Made by a program: the position numbers and the translations under genes. A model generated the notes under the pieces. It worked only from the letters and a program-made list of their open reading frames with translations, did no database searches and had not been told where the DNA came from. From Pseudomonadota bacterium (GTDB taxonomy: Bacteria; Bdellovibrionota; FAC87; UBA2466): a stretch of DNA of 35,162 nt. The stretch is from the NCBI GenBank assembly GCA_043767805.1, contig JAYUGC010000065.1, positions 1 through 35,162 on the forward strand. Direction: 5' to 3'. Within the stretch, counting starts at the first letter, position 1. Each line of letters begins with the position of its first letter. Below, in pieces: positions 18,019-26,377 of this stretch.

Positions 18019-18738
18019 ATGAGCGGACTACGTACCTTACTAGCTTTTCATTGTTTCTTAGCCTTGGGGCTCGCCGAGCCCGTTCGCACGGCCGAAGAGT
18101 GCGCGGTATTTCTGCGGCCTCTGGTGGTAAACGCATTCCAGCAAAAATTCGATTTGGCCATTCCCCTTCACATCCACGATCGCACGCTGAAGCATGCATA
18201 TCTTCCGCTGAAGCAAACCGGAACTTTTTACGATCCCGAGGCTCTTTACATCGGCATCGCCAACAACCTCGGCGCGGATGGCTTTCATCATTACTATCTT
18301 GTTTCGGGTAACCGACGCTTCGATGCCATCCCCGGAAAGCCCGCGAAAGTCCACGATACGAAATCGGGGTCCGCTCCCATCATCACCCAAGGCGTCGTCT
18401 TCCGCTTAAAGCTTCCTGCCGAAGTGCGCGCTAAAGTCATGGCCGACATGAAAGCGAGGGAGGGAACCGATTGCCTAACCTGCTTGCACCCGGTAATCGA
18501 GATTTTGAACGAGAACGGAATTCATATCGCGCCCGACGGGCACGGCATGAATCAGTTGAGTACGGCTCAAATTTCGACGGGCCTTCTCTCCGGGCAGGCG
18601 ACTTGGAACGGCAAGCCCGTACCCACGGAAGCCTTTGCCACGAGCTCCGGCCAAGTCGCTCCCTACCTCGTCAATGCGATGAATATGGACGAGATGGCTC
18701 GAGCCCGCTTGGAAGCGCGGCCAAAGCCCGCGGAATAG
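18019..18738 (+). CDS. Secreted hypothetical protein
   Basis: ATG 18019 after GAGG, signal peptide MSGLRTLLAFHCFLALGLA, 239 aa. His (HHYYLV) precedes Cys (TCLHPV). Confidence 0.65.
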   Translation: MSGLRTLLAFHCFLALGLAEPVRTAEECAVFLRPLVVNAFQQKFDLAIPLHIHDRTLKHAYLPLKQTGTFYDPEALYIGIANNLGADGFHHYYLVSGNRRFDAIPGKPAKVHDTKSGSAPIITQGVVFRLKLPAEVRAKVMADMKAREGTDCLTCLHPVIEILNENGIHIAPDGHGMNQLSTAQISTGLLSGQATWNGKPVPTEAFATSSGQVAPYLVNAMNMDEMARARLEARPKPAE

Positions 18739-18799
18739 GCATTTTTTACCGACTTGGGCGTTGAACCCGCCCCCTGGTTTGGGTATATGTGCCCTACTC

Positions 18800-20380
18800 A
18801 TGATCAGCACAACCGAACTCAGTCTCACCTTTGGAAGCCGCCGTCTATTTGAGGGAGTGAACATCAAGTTCGTGCCTGGAAACTGTTATGGGCTCATCGG
18901 CGCGAACGGCGCGGGAAAAACGACTTTTCTGAAGATTTTGGCCGGCATTCAGCCGCCTTCCAGCGGCACCGTGAACCTGACGCCCGGGGAAAGGCTCTCG
19001 TTCCTCCGGCAGGAGCAGTTCGCTTTCGATCAGCACTCCGTTTTAAAGACGGTCATCATGGGCCAGCCGCGCCTTCACGCCGTGATAGAAGAGCGCGAAG
19101 CGCTCTACGCCAAAGCGGAAATGACGGACAAGGAAGCCGACCGCGCCGCCGACTTGGAAGAAGAATTCGGCGACATGAACGGGTGGGGAGCGGAAGCGGA
19201 CGCGGCCGTGCTTCTCGATGGCTTGGGCATCGAGACTTCGCTCCACGAAAAAAAGATGGCGGAGCTCAAAGGTTCCGAAAAGGTAAAAGTCCTTCTCGCT
19301 CAAGCACTCTTCGGAAACCCCGACGTTCTCTTGCTGGATGAGCCCACCAACCATTTGGACCCGAAAGCGGTCGTCTGGCTCGAAGAGTTTCTCTACGATT
19401 TCGAAAAGACCGTGATCGTAGTCTCGCATGATCGCCACTTCATCAACAAGGTCTGCACGCATATCGCCGACATCGACTACAACAAGATCCAGCTCTACTC
19501 GGGCAACTACGATTTCTGGTACGAGTCGAGTCAGATGGCCCTTCGTATGGCGCAGGAAAAGCATCGCAAGGGGGAAGAGAAAGCGAAAGAACTGAAAGAG
19601 TTCATCGCCCGGTTCAGCGCGAACGCCTCGAAGTCCAAGCAGGCGACCTCTCGTAAGAAGCAGCTCGAAAAGCTCACCATCGAGGACATCAAGCCTTCGA
19701 CCCGCAAATACCCTTTCGTGGGCTGGAAGCCGGACCGGGAAGCGGGCGATCAGCTCCTTTACGTCGAGAATCTCTCCAAAGCCACCGAAGGCAAAGAGAT
19801 CCTGAACAACGTCACCTTCGAAGTGAAAAAAGGCGAGAAGATCGTCTTTACGGGCGACGACCTCGCGATTTCCGCGCTTTTTCGCACGCTGATGGGCGAA
19901 CTGAAGCCGGACTCCGGCAAGTTCGCTTGGGGCGTGACCACGACTCAAGCCTATTTCCCGAAGGACAACGCCGAGTACTTCAGCAAGAAGGATCTGACAC
20001 TGGTCGACTGGCTCCGCCAGTACTCCACCGAGCAGTCGGAGACTTTCATCCGGGGTTTCCTGGGCCGCATGCTTTTCTCCGGTGAGGAGTCCATCAAGAA
20101 GGTGGGCGTACTCTCGGGAGGCGAGAAGGTGCGCTGCATGCTCGCGCGCATGATGCTCACCAATGCGAACGTTCTGGTTCTCGACGAGCCGACCAACCAT
20201 TTGGATTTGGAAAGCATCACGGCGGTCAATAACGGGCTGATTCGGTTCCCGGGCACGGTGTTGTTTGCCTCGCACGATCATCAATTCAATCAGACGGTCG
20301 CGAACCGGGTGATTGAGCTCACGGGCCGCGGCGCGAAGAGCTTCGCCATGACGTACGACGAGTACCTCGCCCAGCTCTAG
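18800..20380 (+). CDS. ABC-F family ATPase (YbiT/YkpA-like)
   Basis: Two ABC domains and no TM segments. GANGAGKTT, LLLDEPTNHLD, SHDR, YSGNYD, linker ANASKSKQATSR, LSGGEK, LDEPTNHLD. 526 aa from ATG 18800. TTGAAC-N17-TATATG lies just upstream. Confidence 0.93.
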   Translation: MISTTELSLTFGSRRLFEGVNIKFVPGNCYGLIGANGAGKTTFLKILAGIQPPSSGTVNLTPGERLSFLRQEQFAFDQHSVLKTVIMGQPRLHAVIEEREALYAKAEMTDKEADRAADLEEEFGDMNGWGAEADAAVLLDGLGIETSLHEKKMAELKGSEKVKVLLAQALFGNPDVLLLDEPTNHLDPKAVVWLEEFLYDFEKTVIVVSHDRHFINKVCTHIADIDYNKIQLYSGNYDFWYESSQMALRMAQEKHRKGEEKAKELKEFIARFSANASKSKQATSRKKQLEKLTIEDIKPSTRKYPFVGWKPDREAGDQLLYVENLSKATEGKEILNNVTFEVKKGEKIVFTGDDLAISALFRTLMGELKPDSGKFAWGVTTTQAYFPKDNAEYFSKKDLTLVDWLRQYSTEQSETFIRGFLGRMLFSGEESIKKVGVLSGGEKVRCMLARMMLTNANVLVLDEPTNHLDLESITAVNNGLIRFPGTVLFASHDHQFNQTVANRVIELTGRGAKSFAMTYDEYLAQL

Positions 20381-20382
20381 CC

Positions 20383-20455
20383 AAAAGGTGTGTGGATACT
20401 TTTAGCCACGGCAAATCCCGTGCCGCCGCGAGCTAAAAGTATCCACACACCTTTT
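20383..20455. repeat. Perfect 24-bp inverted repeat (REPIN-like doublet or bidirectional terminator)
   Basis: AAAAGGTGTGTGGATACTTTTAGC (20383-20406) and its exact reverse complement (20432-20455) with a 25-nt spacer. It fills the gap between two convergent genes. Confidence 0.85.
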
Positions 20456-21434
20456 AGAGGTCTTTTTTGTAGAGGGCGTAGGTGTGTTGCCAGAGGGTAG
20501 CGGCTTTTTTGGCGTAGGACTCGCTTCGGTTGCCCGTGCGCACTAAGGCCGAGATGAAATTCTCGAGGCCGCCAGAGACGCCTTCGCGGGCCGCGAGGTA
20601 GGTCAACGCCGTCGACAGGCCCTGGCCGCGGCAGGCGTCCAGCACGGTCGCGCTTTTCAACACCAGGTACCCCGGCTCGGGGAAGGCGAAGAGAAAAGCT
20701 ACTTCCTTACCCTCGGGCGACAAGGCGAAGAACGCGCAGGTGAAATCCATCTTCTTCACGATGGGAACGTACAGTTCACGAAACTGCTGCACGGTAATCG
20801 GCTCGAAAAGAAAGTTATCACGAAAGCCCGCCATGCTGAGATCGAAGAGCGCGGGAATCTCATGGTCCAGAAAGTTGGGGCCGTCGAAGGGACGAAAGGT
20901 GAAGCCCGCCGCGATCGCCGCCTCGTAAGCCGGCTTGGTCTTATCCAAGTAAGCTTTGAGTCCCGCCGAGCCGAGCGTGTGGTAGTGCTCGCACACGGTG
21001 TAGCCATTCGCTTCGAAAAACCAGGGGTACTCCGGGGGATTATTGGGCTCCCACGCGAAGCTCGCCTCGTGAGTGTCCGTGCGAAAGCGATACGGAAACC
21101 AGGTATTGAGATTCATCGGACCGACGGCTAGCCGCGCGCCCTTTGCCTTGAGCCAAGCCTCGGCGGCATCAAGTAGCGTCTCGGCGACTTCTTTCTCAGC
21201 GTCTACGACTTCAAAGAACCCCACCGCTCCCGTTCCGGGGTGTGAAGGCATGAGGCTCGCGCCGATGCGACCGACCGGCGTTTCGCCGTCGAAAACCACC
21301 CAGAACTCCGCAAATTCCGCCGGCGCGAGATCGAGAAAGCGCGCCCAAACGGCCTTTAGCGGCGAGCCTTCCGGCAATGCGCTGAAAGCTTCTCTAAAGC
21401 GCGGGTGATTGTCGGAGCGCGAGACTAAGCGCAT
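20454..21434 (-). CDS. Tandem GNAT-fold N-acyltransferase-like protein
   Basis: ATG 21434 is 1 nt after the upstream stop. PVGRIGA, GAVGFFE, LLDAAEAWLKAKGA, GPMN, NPPEY, C-terminal acetyl-CoA-type motif CRGQGLS. 326 aa. Confidence 0.8.
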   Translation of the reverse strand: MRLVSRSDNHPRFREAFSALPEGSPLKAVWARFLDLAPAEFAEFWVVFDGETPVGRIGASLMPSHPGTGAVGFFEVVDAEKEVAETLLDAAEAWLKAKGARLAVGPMNLNTWFPYRFRTDTHEASFAWEPNNPPEYPWFFEANGYTVCEHYHTLGSAGLKAYLDKTKPAYEAAIAAGFTFRPFDGPNFLDHEIPALFDLSMAGFRDNFLFEPITVQQFRELYVPIVKKMDFTCAFFALSPEGKEVAFLFAFPEPGYLVLKSATVLDACRGQGLSTALTYLAAREGVSGGLENFISALVRTGNRSESYAKKAATLWQHTYALYKKDL

Positions 21435-21435
21435 A

Positions 21436-24159
21436 TCACTTCTCCAAAATACGGATTTCGCCTTTGCCCGCATCCACGCGAACGCGGTCGCCTGTTTTGA
21501 GACGAGTCATCAACCCGCCGGTGACACCGACGATGGTCGGAAGCCCGAGCTCTCTTGCCACCACCGCGGAATGAGACAAAAGACTTCCGCGCTCAATGAG
21601 AAGGCCAGAGCAAGACGGATAGAGCGGCACCCAACCTGGATCGGTACGGCCCGTAACTAAAATTTCCCCGTTCAAGCCTTCCGCGTCTTTCAGGTTCGAT
21701 ACCACGAGCACAACGCCTTCGACCACACCAGGACAGCAAGGCGTACCCGTGAGCACGTTGGGATCCGAGTTCACTTCGGTGGTTCGAAGCAAGTCGCCCT
21801 CGGCAAGTATCGCCGTGTAGCCCATGGAAGCGCCCGCGGCGCCAAAGGTGAGCAGCCGATCGGGAGGCGCCGGAGTGTCCTCGTAAATTAGATATTCCTT
21901 TTTGCGGATCCGTACGAGGCTCTTGATGTCGCCCGAGATACCACGGCCCTCGACGAAACCCACGATTTCTTCCACCGTGAGGAAGAAGATGTCGCGTTCG
22001 CCGTCCAGGAGATCCATGGCCGCGAGCTTCTTACCCATGGCGCGAAAGAGATGGCGGCACACGCCAAACACTTTCGTGCGGGCAAAGCGCAAGTTCTCGC
22101 GGTTCTTCACCGCGCGCCTAGCCTGAGTGAGGACCCAACTGTAAAGACTCCAGCGGAAGCCGGAAAGCTTCGCTCGCACTTTGGCCTCGGCGCCGCGGCG
22201 AATGCCCTGCTCCCGCTCTTCCATATTGCCGAACTCGTAGGAACCCGTACGCACGTAACTCGCGATGGAGTTGATGACGAACGTGGGATCGTCATGGAGA
22301 TCCGAAGCTTCCAGCTTCAACTCGTCCACGCAGCGGAATCCGTATTTGTCGAGGAACTCGAACAAGTCCTTCGTGAAAGCCGCGTCCTTCTTCGAGCCTT
22401 GGAGCTCTTTCCAAACCGCGTCGGAAGACATCGAGAGCATCCAGGACCGGAAACCAGGATCGCCCTTGTCCACGCGCGCTGCCATGCGCATCAAAAACTT
22501 CGTGGGCTCGGTGCTCTCCAGGCCTCCCTCACCGCATAGCAAATCGTTTTGCAGCGAATCGGCCGCCCCCTTACCTTCCACCCATTTCTCAGTGAGCTTC
22601 TTCAAAAGACCGAAGAAGAGCATGCAGAGGTAGTCGTTGATGATGGGCGCTTTCCACTGTTTCAAGAGCTGCTCGTCCAGATAGTGGTAATGATCGACGA
22701 GCCTCGGCAGTGACCAGGTGCTGTAATCGAGCTTGCGGGTCCCTTCGTAAACATCCACGAAGTGAGCATTGAACTCGCCGATGATCTTATCGATGTTTCT
22801 GAACCGATAAATCGTCTGGCTGAGGAGCCTTAAACGCGCCCGAAGGGAGTACTTCGGCGCTTCTTTCACGAAATCGAAGATGCCCGCCATTTCGGGCTTT
22901 ATCTGGGCTTTGACGCCCATCATGGTGTCCATGAAGCCTTTGTTGCTCGACGAGCCGGGAAGCATCAGCACCAGCTGGTACCAGTTCACGAGGTTGTAAT
23001 AGATGCGGCCGCGAATGAGCCCAAGCATGTTGCGAAACATTTTCGCGCGCGCGTCGACGAGTTCCTGAGGGACGCCCATCAGCTCGCAAAACTGCACGTA
23101 GACCTGATAATAGGCACGGCTCGCGAAGCTGAAGGTCAAAGGCGACGTCACGCCGCTGTAACTCTCGATGATGTTGGAATTGTCCCAAAGGGTGGGCGCG
23201 GTGCCGTTGATCGATTCCGAGTAAAAGCCCGAAGGCGGCAAGGACGTTACGGGACGGGTTTGAACCAAGTAGAGCTTTCCTGAGTCGAGTACCCATTCGG
23301 CGTCTTGGGGCGTGCCTAGCGACTCCTCGAGCTTTTCGCTCAGCTTCGCAATAGAGCTCACCTGTTCGTCGGAGAGGGAGCTTTGCAGCCCTTGCTCGAC
23401 GGTGAGAGCTTCCTTGACCACGCCACCTTCGCTCGCCTGGCGCATGGCGTGACTCTTCGTGACGACGCGTTTTTCGATTTTTCCCGTCCGACGGCTGATT
23501 TCGAAATCGTCGGACTCGAGCTCTCCGCTCACCAAACCTTCGCCGAGGCCCCACACGGAGCTGACCAGAACTTCATCGCGGTTCAAAACCTTGATGGGAT
23601 GACGAGAGAAGACCACGCCCGCAGCTTCCGCGTTGACCATTCTCTGGATGACCACGCCCACGCGAATGTCTTGCAAGCCGAGGCCGCGCTCCAGGCGATA
23701 GCTGAGCGCCCGCTCGGAAAAGCCGGAAGCCCAGCAACGTTTCAAAGATTCGGCGATTTGTTCCCACCCTTTTTGAAAGAGATAGGAGGAAAACTGTCCG
23801 GCGAAAGAGTTCTGCGCAGAATCCTCGTCGAGGCCGCTCGAGCGTACCGCCACGAAGGAATCTTCGAGACCGAGCGCTTTGAGCTTTCCAAAGATTTCCG
23901 CCTTCAACGAGTCCGAGATATTGCCTTTGAGGAACGCTGCTTCGACGCGGCGAGAAAGCTCGCCCAGATCCGCGGTGGGCTTCAAGACTTCCGCGAGATC
24001 GTTTTCCTGAACGAAGGCTTGCAACGCCTCGGAGGTCACCGCGAACCATTCCGGTACGGTAAAGCCCTTCTGAGAGAGGCGGCCAAGATTGGTGGCCTTA
24101 CCTCCGGCGAGAACCGACAGTTCCGTGATGGCCGAGCTTGATTCAAGAGTCCACTTCAT
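21436..24159 (-). CDS. PEP synthase / rifampicin phosphotransferase-architecture dikinase
   Basis: 907 aa. ATP-grasp domain (GGKA, AVRSSGLDEDSAQNSFAGQF, VQTRPVT), central substrate domain (WDNSNIIESYSGVTSPLT), C-terminal swivel phospho-His domain (TDPGW, GSLLSHSAVVARELGLP). Confidence 0.9.
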   Translation of the reverse strand: MKWTLESSSAITELSVLAGGKATNLGRLSQKGFTVPEWFAVTSEALQAFVQENDLAEVLKPTADLGELSRRVEAAFLKGNISDSLKAEIFGKLKALGLEDSFVAVRSSGLDEDSAQNSFAGQFSSYLFQKGWEQIAESLKRCWASGFSERALSYRLERGLGLQDIRVGVVIQRMVNAEAAGVVFSRHPIKVLNRDEVLVSSVWGLGEGLVSGELESDDFEISRRTGKIEKRVVTKSHAMRQASEGGVVKEALTVEQGLQSSLSDEQVSSIAKLSEKLEESLGTPQDAEWVLDSGKLYLVQTRPVTSLPPSGFYSESINGTAPTLWDNSNIIESYSGVTSPLTFSFASRAYYQVYVQFCELMGVPQELVDARAKMFRNMLGLIRGRIYYNLVNWYQLVLMLPGSSSNKGFMDTMMGVKAQIKPEMAGIFDFVKEAPKYSLRARLRLLSQTIYRFRNIDKIIGEFNAHFVDVYEGTRKLDYSTWSLPRLVDHYHYLDEQLLKQWKAPIINDYLCMLFFGLLKKLTEKWVEGKGAADSLQNDLLCGEGGLESTEPTKFLMRMAARVDKGDPGFRSWMLSMSSDAVWKELQGSKKDAAFTKDLFEFLDKYGFRCVDELKLEASDLHDDPTFVINSIASYVRTGSYEFGNMEEREQGIRRGAEAKVRAKLSGFRWSLYSWVLTQARRAVKNRENLRFARTKVFGVCRHLFRAMGKKLAAMDLLDGERDIFFLTVEEIVGFVEGRGISGDIKSLVRIRKKEYLIYEDTPAPPDRLLTFGAAGASMGYTAILAEGDLLRTTEVNSDPNVLTGTPCCPGVVEGVVLVVSNLKDAEGLNGEILVTGRTDPGWVPLYPSCSGLLIERGSLLSHSAVVARELGLPTIVGVTGGLMTRLKTGDRVRVDAGKGEIRILEK

Positions 24160-24986
24160 AACAACCCCACGAGGATGACGGACCAGATATGCACCAGGAG
24201 CGAGAGCGAAGCGACGCCCTCCACCGCCTTGTGCTTATCGACGAGCAGGAAAAGGAAAGAGAGAATCAAAAGCGCCGAGCAAGGCATCGTTAGAACGACC
24301 ACCCCTAAGAAGGCGGCGGCCCAAACGGAAATCACCGAGCAGATGCCGACGATCGCAAGGCATCCCGTGGAGCCATAGAGCGTCCGATAGTACCCAAGAA
24401 TCGGATTCGCCTTGGCGTCTAACTTACGGCAAACCTCATAGCTAAAGAAAGCGCCCAGCACGAGAAGCCCATAGAGAAAGCCGCGTCCCACGACATCTCC
24501 GCCACTCGCCGCCACGGGCAAGGCGCAAAGGGGAAGCAAAATAATTTGATGAGTGACGGCGTAAAGCAGCGGACGGTTTCCCAGCCAGCTGCCCACATAA
24601 AACTCTTTGAACATGAGCCAGAGATAACCCGTGATGAGAAGGTAGAGACCGGAGGCGGCCGGAGACAGCGGCGATAACAAAAGCCCGAAGGCCACCATGA
24701 AGAGTACCGAGCCGTTGATGACTCGGCCGACCGTATCCTTCTGCAAGAGCCCGCGAGGCAGCGGTCTTTCGGGATGCGCGACCAAATCCTTTTCGTAGTC
24801 TTTGTACTCGTCCATGAGACGAAGGACCGCGAAAAAGAGCATGAGTCCGAGGAAAGAAGCCCAGAACGGCAAACCAATGACTGGGACCCCCGCGAGACGC
24901 GTGCCCGAAGCGGCCATTCCCCCGACGAGAAGGACGTAAACCAAGATCGGAAATCGCTCTTTAAAGTAGGTTAGCCACGCGCCCAT
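24156..24986 (-). CDS. UbiA-superfamily membrane prenyltransferase-like protein
   Basis: 276 aa, about 8 TM helices. First acidic motif RLMDEYKDYEKD...HPERPLPRG; the second motif has diverged to YEVCRKLD. Confidence 0.85.
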   Translation of the reverse strand: MGAWLTYFKERFPILVYVLLVGGMAASGTRLAGVPVIGLPFWASFLGLMLFFAVLRLMDEYKDYEKDLVAHPERPLPRGLLQKDTVGRVINGSVLFMVAFGLLLSPLSPAASGLYLLITGYLWLMFKEFYVGSWLGNRPLLYAVTHQIILLPLCALPVAASGGDVVGRGFLYGLLVLGAFFSYEVCRKLDAKANPILGYYRTLYGSTGCLAIVGICSVISVWAAAFLGVVVLTMPCSALLILSFLFLLVDKHKAVEGVASLSLLVHIWSVILVGLL

Positions 24987-26377
24987 AAGGACCTCCTCGC
25001 GCTCTTTACCCGATCGATGCGCGCCCGGTGGCGGGGATCGCGGCGGATGACGACGTTAAGGACTTCGGAAACTCCCGGGATGCCTTCTCGAATGGCGGCC
25101 TCGCGTGCTTTCGCCTTTTGCACGAAAACGCGGATGCCCCGCTCGTCGCGCTCGATGAAGCCGGCGCTCGTTTTCAAGAGCGAATAGAGTTTCTGCTCAG
25201 TCAAAAAATCCGCGGTCGGCAGCTTTTCGCGGCCGGAGTACCACCAGCCGCCGTCCTTCTGCGTGATGCGGTCTCCCATGCGGTGCCAGATGGCGCCCGT
25301 GCTGTCTTGTCGTTTGTACTTCGCATTTTCCTCGTCGTTGCCGAGGTAGCGAGGACAAACATGGGGGCCGGAAACCCAGACCGTGTCGGGGGTGAGCTCG
25401 GAACGAATGGCGTCGATAGGCTTACCTAAGAACAAAGTTTGGAAAAATCCCGCCTCACGGCTCTTGGCTACCGCGACTCTCGCGTCGACCACGGCGACAG
25501 GCTCCACTTCGGTACTTCCATAAACGTGCTTCCAGCCCGCTTCGGGCCATTTCGCAAAGCCGCGCTCGAAAATCGCACAATCGGTCAGAGCGCCGCCCAC
25601 GTGAATGGAACGAAGGCTCGCCACCTTCGCGTGATCCATGAGCTTCATGAGAAAGGCGGGCCCACAGGTCATCGAGCGAGGCGTGAGCTCGCCACTCAGA
25701 CTATCCAGCGCCGCGAGATGCTCCGATTTCCATTTGGAAGGAAGGATTAGGCTCGGATTACCCGCCGCGAGATTGCTCAAAGCGAAATTGGCGAAGATGC
25801 AAACGTCGGCGCCGGGCTCGTGGGCTCCATGCAACACCGACTGCAAAATCGAGTGTTGATCGGAGAGATATTGATGAGTGCGGACCATTCCCTTGGGGCT
25901 ACCCGTCGTCCCAGAGGTAAAAGTGATAATCGCTGGGGCATCTCCGTCGACAGAGGTGATCTGCCAGCCGCCCGGCTCCGCCTTCAGAGAAGACGTCGAC
26001 ACCCAATGCGGAATGGCGCGAATGGAGGCGACTCGGGCGCCCCAAAGCCGGCCGATGCCACTCGTCAAAAATACTTTGGGCTTCACGAAGGGAAGGACGT
26101 GATTGATTTTTGCGACCGGCATCCAGGGCTCGACCAAAGCGGTGGCCGCTCCCAAGGACGCGATGGCGAGAATCGCGCCGTACATCCGGGGTCCCAGCGC
26201 ATCAAACATTAAGACGGTATCACCAGGGCCAACCCCAAGCCGCTCCATGTGCGCTCGCACGCCAGTCGCCATCCGGCCCATCTCACCAAAGGTGGTAACG
26301 CCACCGTCGGGTAGCCAGAGGGCGGCCGCCTTCGGCTTCTCCTCCGTTTGACGGACTATGAGCTCGGCCGCGTTCAT
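24971..26377 (-). CDS. AMP-binding (ANL superfamily) enzyme, OleC-like
   Basis: TFTSGTTGSPKG, VGGA, YGSTEVEP, WHRMGD, YSGR, C-terminal DPRHRARIDR. 468 aa. Confidence 0.85.
   Translation of the reverse strand: MNAAELIVRQTEEKPKAAALWLPDGGVTTFGEMGRMATGVRAHMERLGVGPGDTVLMFDALGPRMYGAILAIASLGAATALVEPWMPVAKINHVLPFVKPKVFLTSGIGRLWGARVASIRAIPHWVSTSSLKAEPGGWQITSVDGDAPAIITFTSGTTGSPKGMVRTHQYLSDQHSILQSVLHGAHEPGADVCIFANFALSNLAAGNPSLILPSKWKSEHLAALDSLSGELTPRSMTCGPAFLMKLMDHAKVASLRSIHVGGALTDCAIFERGFAKWPEAGWKHVYGSTEVEPVAVVDARVAVAKSREAGFFQTLFLGKPIDAIRSELTPDTVWVSGPHVCPRYLGNDEENAKYKRQDSTGAIWHRMGDRITQKDGGWWYSGREKLPTADFLTEQKLYSLLKTSAGFIERDERGIRVFVQKAKAREAAIREGIPGVSEVLNVVIRRDPRHRARIDRVKSARRSLWARG

Noticed and set aside
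19043..20284. 413-aa antisense ORF, and similar long shadow ORFs (7345-7959, 11225-11938, 13414-14196, 23383-24141, 29782-30642)
   Set aside because: They lie opposite well-supported genes, have no motifs, and are expected from codon bias in GC-rich DNA.
20383..20455. CRISPR array or IS terminal inverted repeats
   Set aside because: There are only two inverted copies 25 nt apart, with no direct-repeat/spacer series, cas genes or transposase.
21436..24159. Calling this ppsA or the rifampicin resistance gene rph
   Set aside because: It lacks the PEP-binding barrel of PpsA. It shares only the architecture with RPH and is embedded in a biosynthetic operon.
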